A stretch of DNA of 64,000 nucleotides from a virus, in the IMG/VR virus record IMGVR_UViG_3300041955_000247, positions 1 through 64,000 of that record, one strand, 5' to 3'. Position numbers and translations under genes: made by a program. The first letter of the stretch is position 1. Each line of letters starts with the position of its first letter. This document shows, one piece after another, positions 20,058 through 30,027 of the stretch. The notes beneath the pieces are model-generated. The model ran no database searches. It had not been told where the DNA came from and was given only the letters and a program-made list of their open reading frames with translations.

Positions 20058-20270
20058 ATGAGAACCCTGATAGCTTTGGCTGTAGTCATTGCTTTGTCGG
20101 TGCCTGCTCAGGCTTCACACAAAAAACATCATCTTCACCCAATGATCGCCGGGTTGGGCATAGGCTTGATCTATATGCTCAGATACAGCAGGGCACATCA
20201 CGAGGGGGACCAGTGGGGCCAAGGCAAGTTTTCTTCAAACGCACCCTGTTCAGAACAGGGCTGTCGATAG
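20058..20270 (+). CDS. Small exported / membrane protein
   Basis: AGGAG RBS; signal peptide ending AQA. Confidence 0.5.
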   Translation: MRTLIALAVVIALSVPAQASHKKHHLHPMIAGLGIGLIYMLRYSRAHHEGDQWGQGKFSSNAPCSEQGCR

Positions 20271-20344
20271 TGCTAATCTTTGCGGTGGTGAGCATCACCA
20301 TTGCGGCACTGGCCTACTACGTGATCTTGTGAGGGTTGGTTCTC

Positions 20345-21184
20345 ATGCAGCACCCCTTCGAACAACTGAAGCCAGAATACACGTCATTGCTGGCCCATAT
20401 GCAGCCCACGCGGGCGACGCAGATCGATCTGACGGCAAAGACACTTATCAAGTACATTGACAACAAGGATTACAAGCCCGGCTGTGATGCCACGGGCGTT
20501 CCTCAAATTGTTGCGGCTGCTTCATTTGAGCGTGAGGCCTCCTCTAATTTCAAGCTGAACCCGGCCCAAGGCTGGCCGCTTAATTCACGATCAAGGGATG
20601 TGCCCTACAACGGGCCATTCACCAATTGGACCGCTGCGCAAATAGCCGCCTACAAAATTGATGGCTTGGACAAAATAGGTGCCCCGAACTGGTCATGGGA
20701 ACAAGCTTGCTATGAGGAGGAACTGTTCAACGGTTTTGGGTACCGGCAGTACGGTGTGCACTCACCTTACCTGTGGGCAGGCACGAACAACTACATCAAG
20801 GGTAAATTCACGTCCGATCATGGCTATGATCCGAACGAGGTGGACACTCAGCTTGGGGTGATCCCCATCATGTACCACATTGTGCAGTTACGGCCTGATT
20901 TGGCGCTGCCAATGGCCTTCCCCGGCCTCATGGGGGCCACCCCCATTGTTGCACCGATGCCAGCACCCATTGGGCTGCATGATGCTGAAGCCCTGCAAAC
21001 GGCCCTCAATAAACTGGGCGCTGACCCGCAACTTACCGTGGACGGCAACTACGGTCGTATGACCAGGAACGCTGTGCGTGACTTCCAGGCCAACATGGGC
21101 ATCACGGTAGATGGGCTTGCTGGCCCAGCGACGTGGTCCTGTATCACTGAGAAGTTGGCTGATCCGGCAGGGTTTACAACTTAA
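20345..21184 (+). CDS. Endolysin (lysozyme family) with C-terminal peptidoglycan-binding domain
   Basis: REAS, SPYLWAGTNNY..GKF..D, DTQLG; C-terminal LQTALNKLG...VDGNYG...AVRDFQ...VDGLAGP.T. Confidence 0.85.
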   Translation: MQHPFEQLKPEYTSLLAHMQPTRATQIDLTAKTLIKYIDNKDYKPGCDATGVPQIVAAASFEREASSNFKLNPAQGWPLNSRSRDVPYNGPFTNWTAAQIAAYKIDGLDKIGAPNWSWEQACYEEELFNGFGYRQYGVHSPYLWAGTNNYIKGKFTSDHGYDPNEVDTQLGVIPIMYHIVQLRPDLALPMAFPGLMGATPIVAPMPAPIGLHDAEALQTALNKLGADPQLTVDGNYGRMTRNAVRDFQANMGITVDGLAGPATWSCITEKLADPAGFTT

Positions 21185-21229
21185 GGCAAGCGGTTTAGGT
21201 TCTCATTCTCACGAAGGGGAGTAGTTTCA

Positions 21230-21466
21230 ATGAATTGGTCAGTCTTGGCAGGGCTGGTTAACTCCAGCAAGCTCGGTGGTTGGGTGCGCGCGGGTGCGGC
21301 TGCGGGCCTTGTATGGGTGGTCTCCCATTACTCACCGCTAGGTGACATTCTAACGCCTTCGGTGCAAACCGATATCGCTGGTCTTGCGGGCACACTTGTG
21401 GTGGGCATCTGGTCCCACTATGTGAAGCCTGCGGACGCAAAGACGACCGCACCTCTCAGCTCTTAA
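21230..21466 (+). CDS. Putative holin
   Basis: 78 aa, two hydrophobic segments, right after endolysin. Confidence 0.55.
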   Translation: MNWSVLAGLVNSSKLGGWVRAGAAAGLVWVVSHYSPLGDILTPSVQTDIAGLAGTLVVGIWSHYVKPADAKTTAPLSS

Positions 21467-21487
21467 CCTCAAACTGGAGAATGTACT

Positions 21488-21862
21488 ATGGGTGAAAACA
21501 TCCTTGCGGCACTTGGCGGCTTGTCGGGCCTCCTGACCTCCGCCCCCAGCGTTGGTATCCCGATCCTCAATGCTATCGGCCAACATATGCAGGGCAACAG
21601 CAACACCAATGCCAGCCTCAGCAACCTGCTCAGTCAGATGCAGAGCAACCCCGGCAGTGCTGCTACCTACGCGGCGCTGATTGCGTCCCTGCCAAACGTC
21701 CCGGCAGGTGTCCTCACCGAGGTCGAAGGGGCCGTTGCCCTTGCCTCTAACGTGACGGCTTACGTGCAAGCTATCGTTGCCGCCAAGCAAGCGCTGAATG
21801 AGGCCACTTCCAATAGCGGCATTGGTTCCATTCTTGCTGGCCTGACGGTACCCGCCGCGTAA
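21488..21862 (+). CDS. Hypothetical protein, lysis region
   Basis: GGAG RBS; 124 aa. Confidence 0.55.
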   Translation: MGENILAALGGLSGLLTSAPSVGIPILNAIGQHMQGNSNTNASLSNLLSQMQSNPGSAATYAALIASLPNVPAGVLTEVEGAVALASNVTAYVQAIVAAKQALNEATSNSGIGSILAGLTVPAA

Positions 21863-22170
21863 TGAATAGTATTCTGCTTCCCATCATTATGGCTCTGGTT
21901 GCAGGCCACCTGCCTGCGGCCGGGGCCATGATTGGGGCCATTACCGCGCAACAGTGGCTAACCATAGCCACTTCTGCCGCACAGGACGCCCCCGACGTCA
22001 TCAAGGCTTTCAATGCGCTGCCGGTGCCACAAAGCGGCGCTGAAATACTGCCGGAACTGGAAAAGGCGGTCATTACCGGGGTGGTCAGCGCAAGCTTGAA
22101 ACAATGGCTTGCAGCCAACGCTCAGTTTGCCATCGAAGTGCAGGATCAATCGATCCGCAATCAAAGGTGA
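21862..22170 (+). CDS. Hypothetical protein, lysis region
   Basis: Coupled start (TAATG); hydrophobic N-terminus. Confidence 0.5.
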   Translation: MNSILLPIIMALVAGHLPAAGAMIGAITAQQWLTIATSAAQDAPDVIKAFNALPVPQSGAEILPELEKAVITGVVSASLKQWLAANAQFAIEVQDQSIRNQR

Positions 22171-22174
22171 CGCT

Positions 22175-22648
22175 GTGAAGATCAGGTTCGTGCAGGGCAA
22201 CGAATTTGCATCAAAAATGATAATTGCGCAGGAGAAGACCTGCATGCCTTTTATCCCAAGCCACGTTGAGGCCGTCATGCCCGCCACTGGCATGTATGTC
22301 GGGGCACATTTCAAAGGCGGTGTACAGGCTAGGCCCCCAGGCTACGACAAGGATGTGACAACCCAAGAACTGATCCTTGAACTAGAAGCTACGCCAGCCC
22401 AAGACCTCATGTTCTACCAGTTTCTTGAGAAGCACATCGGTGAGCCTTACGATTGGGAAGCAATCATTGGCTTTGTCATACCCGAACACGCTCACATTCA
22501 AAATCATGTGATCTGCTCTGCACTAATTGCATTGGCGCTGCGCGCCTGTAATTGGTTCCCCTACCGGTTGGCGGCCCCAGCCCACTTGATAGACCCGCGA
22601 GATCTGCTACTAATGCTTAGTACGCGCATGCAAATCCCAGGAGTCTAG
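22175..22648 (+). CDS. Permuted papain-like (NlpC/P60, YiiX-type) protein
   Basis: SHVE...GEPYDW...CSAL (His before Cys); likely GTG start 22175. Confidence 0.65.
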   Translation: MKIRFVQGNEFASKMIIAQEKTCMPFIPSHVEAVMPATGMYVGAHFKGGVQARPPGYDKDVTTQELILELEATPAQDLMFYQFLEKHIGEPYDWEAIIGFVIPEHAHIQNHVICSALIALALRACNWFPYRLAAPAHLIDPRDLLLMLSTRMQIPGV

Positions 22649-22650
22649 CG

Positions 22651-23037
22651 ATGCTTAACCTTCTCTGGGGTAACAATTGGCGTAAATCATTGACTTCAAT
22701 CATTTCGTTGGTTGCTGCTACGGCGGGTGCCGTGGTGGCAGTGCCACCGGCATGGGAAGCCATGGGGCTGCCTGAAGTTGCCAGCAGGGTGTTTGTTGCT
22801 GGCAAGATTCAGGAAAAGATTGACCCGATGCTGCAAACGGAATCGAAGCTGCTCATTGCCCAGGCTCAGACCACAACCACCCTCAATCAAATTCTTTTGC
22901 AGCAGCTTCAATCGTCGCTTTATTCAGCGCAGAAGGATATGACGACAGCGCCGAGTCAAACCGTGCAGGCACGCATTGACGATCTCAACAGGCAAATACA
23001 CGATTTGCAGACGTCTTCAGGCGGTGGTCGAAATTGA
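22651..23037 (+). CDS. Membrane-anchored coiled-coil protein
   Basis: N-terminal TM, C-terminal coiled coil; AGGAG RBS. Confidence 0.5.
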   Translation: MLNLLWGNNWRKSLTSIISLVAATAGAVVAVPPAWEAMGLPEVASRVFVAGKIQEKIDPMLQTESKLLIAQAQTTTTLNQILLQQLQSSLYSAQKDMTTAPSQTVQARIDDLNRQIHDLQTSSGGGRN

Positions 23038-23168
23038 ATGACCCCAAAATTGGTGAGCGGTTGGGCACCGGCTTGGCAATCACGGTCATTGTCCTTATAA
23101 TGCTGATTGCTTATATTGTGTGGGCACCGTGGTGAATTTCACGCTTTGGGTGTTGAGCATGATGTTAA

Positions 23169-23429
23169 ATGACCACAAGCACAAAAGATACATGGCAATT
23201 CTGGCTGATGATGGCCAGCCTTATTGGTGGCTTCGTCACCGGGGCAATTTGGCTTGGTTCGAACTCAAACCAGATTGCAGTTAATACCAAACGCATGGAA
23301 AGGATGGAAGTGTTCATGGATGAAGTCCGTGAACACGACGCAAACACGACTGCCCGCATGACACCTATTGAGCGGCGTCTTGATCAATTGGAAAATTGGC
23401 AGCAGGCGATGAAACGTGGCAGTCCTTGA
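23169..23429 (+). CDS. Membrane-anchored coiled-coil protein
   Basis: One TM plus coiled coil. Confidence 0.5.
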   Translation: MTTSTKDTWQFWLMMASLIGGFVTGAIWLGSNSNQIAVNTKRMERMEVFMDEVREHDANTTARMTPIERRLDQLENWQQAMKRGSP

Positions 23430-23458
23430 TTGACATGCCCTCACTCAGTTTGTAGTTT
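23430..23458 (+). promoter_or_regulatory. Sigma70-type promoter
   Basis: TTGACA-17nt-TAGTTT. Confidence 0.55.
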
Positions 23459-23627
23459 CTCATGCTAACGGCAAACCACAGCACGGGGAATAGACCATGA
23501 CTGCACTTGCCACCAACCCACTCCGCTTCGGCAAGCGTTGAGAGGGCCTTCGCCTTTCTGACAAACAGGAGCTACTCAGACTGCCTCAGGGCAGTTCTTT
23601 GCGTTGCGTGCAAACACGGAGGGAACT

Positions 23628-24407
23628 ATGAGAACAATAATTGCTTTGCTGCTTGCTGCCTTCATTTGCAGCCCGGCTTATGCCAGCCATCACCCGGAAG
23701 CTTTTCAGCCCGTGCTGGATGTAGCCGCCATACCGGCATACCAGCCTTTTGCCTCACAAACGGTCACCCATTGGCGTCACGTGGTCAGGCGTCAGGGGTA
23801 CCACCACAGCTATGAAACGCACAGGCACCCCTTGCGCGGCCCAATGCGGGCACCTGTGCGGTCAATCATACCGCATACACCCCCGGCTGACGTAGACAGC
23901 ATTGAAGCCTCAGCCGCAGGGGCCGTTGTCGGGCTTGCTGAAGGCTTTGCTGACGGCATTGCCACTGCAATCAAAAGCCCAAGGGCCTGCGGCAACGATG
24001 GCCGTCATAATCTTGTGGATTGCAGGTCCGGGGCCTCAACGTCGGTTTCTGATGCCATGTTGCCCCATGCCCAGTGCCTGTTGCGCTGGCTGGATGCGGT
24101 TGGCTACCCGGTCAGGGACATTGGGGGCTTTGGTGAGCGTAACAATCCCTCTGCACACCCCACCGGCAATGCGCTGGATGTCAACCAGCTAGGACGCAAT
24201 GTAGTCAGTGTTCGGTTTCCAGCAGGTGTGACCCAAGCCGCTTCTGACTGCGGCTTGGTGCACGGCGCTATTTGGTCAAACCCGGATACCGGACATTTTG
24301 AGATGCCGAATAAGTATGGCTATGTAGGCTTTTGGCACCATTATGCCAGCCATCATTACCGGCACTATGCCCACCACTATACCCGACGTCGTTATGCGGG
24401 GGTTTGA
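23628..24407 (+). CDS. Secreted M15-like (Zn D-Ala/L-Ala) peptidase
   Basis: Signal peptide; R...SAH..GNALD...W..PD.GHFE motif; ATG after GGAGG. Confidence 0.65.
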   Translation: MRTIIALLLAAFICSPAYASHHPEAFQPVLDVAAIPAYQPFASQTVTHWRHVVRRQGYHHSYETHRHPLRGPMRAPVRSIIPHTPPADVDSIEASAAGAVVGLAEGFADGIATAIKSPRACGNDGRHNLVDCRSGASTSVSDAMLPHAQCLLRWLDAVGYPVRDIGGFGERNNPSAHPTGNALDVNQLGRNVVSVRFPAGVTQAASDCGLVHGAIWSNPDTGHFEMPNKYGYVGFWHHYASHHYRHYAHHYTRRRYAGV

Positions 24408-24489
24408 GGTTCTTTCTTTGCACCACCAAACCACGAAGTGTGTGGTGCCGCAGGGTCAGCCTTGATGCCAGAAGTATAACACACTAACC

Positions 24490-26049
24490 TCAATTTGGTT
24501 CAATATGTGATCCGGTGGCGTCTTTGACTATGGTAATGGTGCCCCGGTATGAGTAATCCAACAGGTTATGCTCAATGAGAAAGCTTCGCTTACCTTGATC
24601 CAGGGCACGCTGGTTGAGGGTTTCAGCCAAGTCAAACATGCCCTCTTGGCTCAGGTGCCTGCTGGGTTCGTCAAAGAACTCCATGGTGCTGCGCAACCCG
24701 GCGCGCTCCATGATCAGGTTGGCCAGCCCCAGGTCACCGGCCAGCCTGAGTCTTTGTGTGGCCCCACCCCCAAAGGCCTCCCACTTGACCGGCCCTGGCG
24801 CACCGGGCGCATGGACAAGCACCGTGAAGCCCTTGGTGATGCCCCCTGACTTGTTCTCACGTTCAACGTCCAGTTCTATGTGCCAATTCACAAGGCCCAA
24901 GGCGGTGAGGCTGTTATTGATCTCAAGTTCCAGTTGCCTCAGCGTTTCTTCCACAATGAACAGCCTCACCCGCTTGAAACCGCCCACCCAGTAGCTGACG
25001 GCGGTGTGGTCTTCATCAATGGTCTTAATTTCGTGTTCCAAGTGGGCAATCTTGTTCTTGGCCAGTTCCAATGCAGCCTTCTTTTGGGTGATTTGCTCGG
25101 CGTAGGGGTTTTGGCGGGGTGAGAAGTCATACCGCTTCAGTTCCCCCAGCATGTTGTCCTTCTCACGTTCCAGCTTGCGAAGCTGCCTTTCAAAATCAGA
25201 TTGATTATTCAGGAAAGCATTGAGTTCCTTGTCGGCCACCGGCTGCCCGCAGGTAGGGCACTTCTTGGCTCCACGCTCAGCGTTGGCCAATTTGACTTCC
25301 AAGTTCTTGAGAGCCTTTTGTGTGAAAGCTATTGAATCGGTAGTATTAGCCAGATATTCTTTTGCTGTGGCCGCTTCTTGTTTCAGGATTTTGATGCGTT
25401 GGCCTTCAGCCTCACCAAAGGTCTTGTTCTTGACCTTCAGGGCCTCAATGTCACCGTCAATGGTCTCAAGCTGGCCCTTGTGCCGGGCAATTTCACGCTC
25501 AGCGGTAATCTTGGCTTCCAGCAGTTCCTTGGCCAGCTTCGCGGCTTCCTCACTTTTGTCCAGCCAGTAATCCAGTTCCATGATCTGTGAGAACAGCGTC
25601 AGCTTGTCGCCGGGTGACAAGTCAAAGAAGGCATCACCGAACTGCGGGATCATCACCGCATACATGAAAGCCTGCGGGCCTATTCTGAGGGTCTTTTGTA
25701 GGGTCTCTTGGTCTACCGGCTGATTGTTCAGCCGCAGACTGTTGGGGCTTTGTGTGCGGGTGACGGTAATATCGTTGTTGCCTATAAGGGCATGCACGGT
25801 GACTGAGCAGCTTTTGGCATCCCAATTGATCACGTCACCGGCCTTGAGGCCCCGCGTCGTGCTTCCGTAAAAGCACCAGAATATTGCTTCTAGGAGGGTG
25901 GTTTTACCCGCGTCATTTGCGCCCAGACGCGGGTACACAAGGTTCTTGCCGGTAATGCCATAGAGGCCCGGCTTGGTGGGGAACTCAAAGCTGTGCTTGC
26001 CACGGAAGGATTTGAAATCCTCCAGTTCAACCTTGGTTATGTCAAACAC
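24490..26049 (-). CDS. sbcC: SbcC/Rad50-like ATPase
   Basis: FKSF, NDAGKTT Walker A, CPTCG zinc hook, GGG signature, FFDEP Walker B. Confidence 0.9.
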   Translation of the reverse strand: MFDITKVELEDFKSFRGKHSFEFPTKPGLYGITGKNLVYPRLGANDAGKTTLLEAIFWCFYGSTTRGLKAGDVINWDAKSCSVTVHALIGNNDITVTRTQSPNSLRLNNQPVDQETLQKTLRIGPQAFMYAVMIPQFGDAFFDLSPGDKLTLFSQIMELDYWLDKSEEAAKLAKELLEAKITAEREIARHKGQLETIDGDIEALKVKNKTFGEAEGQRIKILKQEAATAKEYLANTTDSIAFTQKALKNLEVKLANAERGAKKCPTCGQPVADKELNAFLNNQSDFERQLRKLEREKDNMLGELKRYDFSPRQNPYAEQITQKKAALELAKNKIAHLEHEIKTIDEDHTAVSYWVGGFKRVRLFIVEETLRQLELEINNSLTALGLVNWHIELDVERENKSGGITKGFTVLVHAPGAPGPVKWEAFGGGATQRLRLAGDLGLANLIMERAGLRSTMEFFDEPSRHLSQEGMFDLAETLNQRALDQGKRSFLIEHNLLDYSYRGTITIVKDATGSHIEPN

Positions 26050-26057
26050 AAAGCACC

Positions 26058-26291
26058 TTAGGCATCAGTCAGGATTTTGGCTGCTTTGAGCAGTGCTGTG
26101 AAGAGAGAAATATCAGTCACAGGACGCCATCGGCTGCGGAAGAATACAACATCATCGTAATCAACGCCAATACAACAACCACAGCTACTGAGTTCGCTCA
26201 CCTTGTGGATTGAGCCAAGAGCGTAGGGAAAAGGTGTGCCGGTACCAGTAGGTGACGCGTCGATACATTCTACTTTTTGACCTATGTGCAT
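26058..26291 (-). CDS. Hypothetical protein
   Basis: 77 aa, MHIGQKVECID start, in operon. Confidence 0.55.
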   Translation of the reverse strand: MHIGQKVECIDASPTGTGTPFPYALGSIHKVSELSSCGCCIGVDYDDVVFFRSRWRPVTDISLFTALLKAAKILTDA

Positions 26292-27274
26292 TTTAATAGT
26301 TCCTCACCCGCAGCCTTGATATTGCTTGCAACCCCTTCAGCCTTGCAGAACGCAGCCAAGATATCTTTAGGTGTAGTAGCCACGGCTTCCTCAAGCTTGA
26401 CCCGTTCACGCCGCGCCGTGGTTTTGATCTTCAGTTCTGCGCCGAATACTTCCAACTCACAATCACGGCAGGCAGCAAGTACCCGCTGCTTGATGGCTTG
26501 CCATTCCACCGCTTCCTCGCGCGCCATTTCAATGGTCAGCTTGACTTGATCGTGTGGCTTCAGTTCCTTGCTGTTCAATATATCATCAGCGTCACGAACG
26601 GTCAGTGAGAACTTGCGAGGGCAGTCAAAATGCAGGTCAATTTCACGGTCACCCTTGAGCAGAAGCACCCTGGGGGTGAAATTGTCACCGAACCGGCAGT
26701 GATAGGGTGCCCCTACATAGGTCACAGGGCCGCAGCGCTGAGGCACATGCACGTCCCCACTGTACACCCTCCCCGGCTTTAGTGCCTCAATGGGTGACGC
26801 GCTGAGGCCCGACAAAGTGGCACCTGTCTCAGCCCTCGAACCTGATATTGTCTGGTGAAGGGCTAGAAGCCGGGCTTTTTGGGGTAGTTGTTTGCAGGCT
26901 TCATCAAAAGTTCTTTGGTCACCACAGTGTGGGATGAAAGACACACCCAGTTCCTTGTTGTGGGTTGGGTTGACGATGAATGTGATTCCTTCAATGTGAT
27001 TGAGGAACTTGAAATAGGGGCTGCTTGGGTCGGTACCATCGTGGTTCCCTCTAAGGATATAAACGGGCGGTTTCAGCCGCAAAAGTTCTTCAACAATACG
27101 GTTCACCAGCAGCGACGAATGGCGGTCCTTCCTCTCCGTAATGTCTCCTAGCAGAAGTGTTGCATCAACCGCGTGCTTTTCCTGCTGCTTTGCCAACCAT
27201 CGAAATAAGCCAAAACGGTAGGCATCCCGTGGCTGGTCCGAACAATGTGTATCGGTGGTAAAAAGCAGGTTCAT
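26282..27274 (-). CDS. sbcD: SbcD/Mre11-like metallophosphoesterase
   Basis: DTH, GD, GNHD, GDVH motifs; ATG at 27274. Confidence 0.9.
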   Translation of the reverse strand: MNLLFTTDTHCSDQPRDAYRFGLFRWLAKQQEKHAVDATLLLGDITERKDRHSSLLVNRIVEELLRLKPPVYILRGNHDGTDPSSPYFKFLNHIEGITFIVNPTHNKELGVSFIPHCGDQRTFDEACKQLPQKARLLALHQTISGSRAETGATLSGLSASPIEALKPGRVYSGDVHVPQRCGPVTYVGAPYHCRFGDNFTPRVLLLKGDREIDLHFDCPRKFSLTVRDADDILNSKELKPHDQVKLTIEMAREEAVEWQAIKQRVLAACRDCELEVFGAELKIKTTARRERVKLEEAVATTPKDILAAFCKAEGVASNIKAAGEELLKCT

Positions 27275-27741
27275 ACGCCCATCAACTTTTGCCAAACATT
27301 TGGTGCTTGGGCCGCCCCAGCGGGGGCTCCTGGGACATTCGTGAATGGTGATTGCCATAACGCTCTCAACGCTTGCTTTTTAAATTCCGGGTCAACATAC
27401 GGTGGGGGTTGCCATGTTGACCCCACGCCGTATTGGCCCACACCACCAAGTTTATAAAGGCACCGATCTGGCTCTTTTGGGTCAAGAACCTTGAGTGCAC
27501 GTTTGTCGAACTTCTGCACGTGGCGCATCTTCACGAACTGCTGCTGGGCCATGATCGCCTGGGAAGGCATCCCAAGGAACACACCTATTCGCATTGAGAA
27601 CTTTGTGCCTAGCAATATGATATTGCCGGTTGGGTTCATTTCAAATGCCTCAAAGGGCAGATCACCCAGCAAATCAGTCAGGTAGTCGGTGATGGCATCA
27701 TCTGACGTTTCGGGTTGTCTTAGTTTGGTGATTACGGTCAT
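27271..27741 (-). CDS. Hypothetical protein (paralogue of 27738-28130)
   Basis: Shared MR.G.F...P.Q....FVKMR....DK..L.VLD....CLY motif. Confidence 0.6.
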   Translation of the reverse strand: MTVITKLRQPETSDDAITDYLTDLLGDLPFEAFEMNPTGNIILLGTKFSMRIGVFLGMPSQAIMAQQQFVKMRHVQKFDKRALKVLDPKEPDRCLYKLGGVGQYGVGSTWQPPPYVDPEFKKQALRALWQSPFTNVPGAPAGAAQAPNVWQKLMGV

Positions 27742-28130
27742 GGGCGTTTGCTCAGCTTCATGAGAAGTGCATTGTTCTTTAGAATAGTTTTGCTTAGTTC
27801 ACCCGTGCGGTTTCGCAGGGTGGTTCTAATAATATCACCCCAATTTTCTGCAAAAGCACCAATAGGTGGACGCCATTGATAGGTGTTGGAAAGGCCCGCT
27901 GTATAAAGGCAGGCCCTGTTGTTGCTTGCGTCTAAAACATGGAGATCCTTTTTGTCATACCACGGGGCCAAACGCATCTTGACGAATTCACCATGTGTTT
28001 GGATCACCTGAGTGGGACGGTTCATGAATAGTCCAACACGCATGTAGAACCATGTTCCACCGATGCGTAAGCGGCCAGTTTTTGTGGCTTCAAAATCCTC
28101 CCAGATGTGATCGTTCAAGTTCTCAATCAT
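27738..28130 (-). CDS. Hypothetical protein (paralogue of 27271-27741)
   Basis: ATG 28130 overlaps stop of resolvase gene; same shared motif. Confidence 0.6.
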   Translation of the reverse strand: MIENLNDHIWEDFEATKTGRLRIGGTWFYMRVGLFMNRPTQVIQTHGEFVKMRLAPWYDKKDLHVLDASNNRACLYTAGLSNTYQWRPPIGAFAENWGDIIRTTLRNRTGELSKTILKNNALLMKLSKRP

Positions 28131-28630
28131 TTGGGCCTCACGGCAGTTTTCAAGAAGTTGTCGAACAGCATCACCCGCAGGCCCATTGATGGCACCCACA
28201 AGTGAAAATTCAGCTTGAGCAGGTTCTGGCCCTCGCGGCTGAGGCATACAATAATAGGCTGCTGGTTCTGCTTGGCAATGAGCATGGGCAGCTTCTTGTA
28301 GTGCAGGGCTTGCTTGCGGGTTTCAAGCCAGAACTGCGCCAGCTTGCCGGTACGCTTCAATAGGCCCACGAAGTTGAGATCACGATATGACTTGCACTCA
28401 ATCAGGAAGGCATCGGTGAGTGGGGAACCGCTGGCGTGGATGCAGGAAATGTCACCGGCTTGGGCTGCTAGGCGCTTGCCTTTGCGGGAAGCTACCGTAG
28501 ACCTGCCCCCCGACATGGCGCTGCGCCAGTACAGATCTTCATTTTTGCCCGCGCTCATCCACAGTGAAAGTGACGTGCAGACCTCACGCTCAAAGCTGGC
28601 CCCCTTAAATTTTCCGCCTCCTTTACGCAT
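28127..28630 (-). CDS. Holliday junction resolvase (Hjc-like PD-(D/E)xK)
   Basis: KGASFERE, GDI, IECK motifs. Confidence 0.8.
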   Translation of the reverse strand: MRKGGGKFKGASFEREVCTSLSLWMSAGKNEDLYWRSAMSGGRSTVASRKGKRLAAQAGDISCIHASGSPLTDAFLIECKSYRDLNFVGLLKRTGKLAQFWLETRKQALHYKKLPMLIAKQNQQPIIVCLSREGQNLLKLNFHLWVPSMGLRVMLFDNFLKTAVRPK

Positions 28631-29633
28631 ATTTTTTGCGGGTGGGGAGAAAGCTGACTTCGATCTCAGCCCAAATGCGCTTGACCACCTTGGACACCGA
28701 TTCTTGCTCTTTTTGGTATTCCTCAGAACTCATATCACCTAGTTCTCCCAAATATTCCTTGAAATCGCTTTGGTTGACTTCAATCTCTTTAAGCCTGCCA
28801 ATTTCCTTGAGCCATTCAGCACAGGCTTCCACGTCCTCTACACCATAGCCAAATCTGAAGGTGAACCTAGCATCCCGGAATGGCAGCCCAATCTTGTTCT
28901 TCTTGGCTCTGGCTTTGATGTCTATGCCGTAGGGACGCTTGATCTTATTGATTTCCTTTGTCAGCGTTTCAAGGTGAGATAACCACAAAAATTGGGAGGC
29001 ATAGAAGTCGAGTGCATGACCGCCTGAGCGCTTGTGTTTCTCACCAAACATTGCACCAATGTTGTCGCGTACCTGCGACACTACCATCAGATGGGCACGG
29101 CTTTGCTCAATTTTGTGCACCCTTGTCCTGAAGAACAGACCCAGTAGCTTGGCCTTGGCAGTCCCAAACGTACCTTTGCCAATGTCACGTTCCATTTCAT
29201 CGGTATCTGATAGGGCATCAAGGCTGTCAACCACGTAGAAGCCGGGTGCATCGTTTTTGACGCACCGGCTCAGGAAGCTGTCAAAATCATCCGCGAACTG
29301 TTCCACGGTCTGAATATGCTCCTTGCCAAAATCAATGTCCTCAATGGGCATTCCCATAGCCTTGGCATATTGTTTATCAAAGGCCGCTTCAGTGTCACGG
29401 TAAGCTGCAATGCCCTTGGGGTACTTGCGCATGAAATTGACAACGGCCTCAGTAGCGAGGCCGGTTTTCGCAGTCGACTTATCCCCGATTATGTTGCTAA
29501 TTCTCCCAAGAGGATAACCACCGCCCAGGACGCAATCAATCAGGGTGCACCCGCTACTGACAAACTCATAGTGAGTTTTTTCATCCGCGAAGTAGGATGA
29601 CTTCTTTTCAACGACCCGTTCCCTTTTTGCCAT
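28623..29633 (-). CDS. recA: RecA/UvsX-like recombinase
   Basis: SSG...D..LGGGYP.GRI, GDKSTAKT, DTE, VVDSL, SGGHALDFYAS, KNK. Confidence 0.9.
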   Translation of the reverse strand: MAKRERVVEKKSSYFADEKTHYEFVSSGCTLIDCVLGGGYPLGRISNIIGDKSTAKTGLATEAVVNFMRKYPKGIAAYRDTEAAFDKQYAKAMGMPIEDIDFGKEHIQTVEQFADDFDSFLSRCVKNDAPGFYVVDSLDALSDTDEMERDIGKGTFGTAKAKLLGLFFRTRVHKIEQSRAHLMVVSQVRDNIGAMFGEKHKRSGGHALDFYASQFLWLSHLETLTKEINKIKRPYGIDIKARAKKNKIGLPFRDARFTFRFGYGVEDVEACAEWLKEIGRLKEIEVNQSDFKEYLGELGDMSSEEYQKEQESVSKVVKRIWAEIEVSFLPTRKKYA

Positions 29634-29962
29634 CAGCCGAACCTCGGGGCTCTTTTAACTGCCTCAGCGTAATTGGCCTTGCAGGTGGCCAGGAAGCGTT
29701 CCTCAGTCATGCCTACGTCCACCGCCGTGGCCGCTGCCATGCTGGTCAGTGAGGCCACTGATACCCGGTAGAACTTGTGAAAGTCGGGGCTGTGCCTGTC
29801 ACGGTGCTTGCCCCACACCTGCCACACGTCGGCGGTGAAAGCCTTGTGCATGTCAAAGGCTTCGGCCGGTATGCTGGGTGGGTGATTGCTCTCAACATCG
29901 TCGTTTGGCATTTTTCTCTTTTTCCCAGCGTTCGTAGGGCACACAGTCATTGAGTATTTCAC
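29633..29962 (-). CDS. Hypothetical protein
   Basis: ORF in operon; start uncertain. Confidence 0.5.
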   Translation of the reverse strand: MKYSMTVCPTNAGKKRKMPNDDVESNHPPSIPAEAFDMHKAFTADVWQVWGKHRDRHSPDFHKFYRVSVASLTSMAAATAVDVGMTEERFLATCKANYAEAVKRAPRFG

Positions 29963-30027
29963 TCAAAGGGCGACGGTCAACCCTTATAGGGTCAATGCCG
30001 CCGCGCCTGAGTGCCCCGGCCTGCCGT

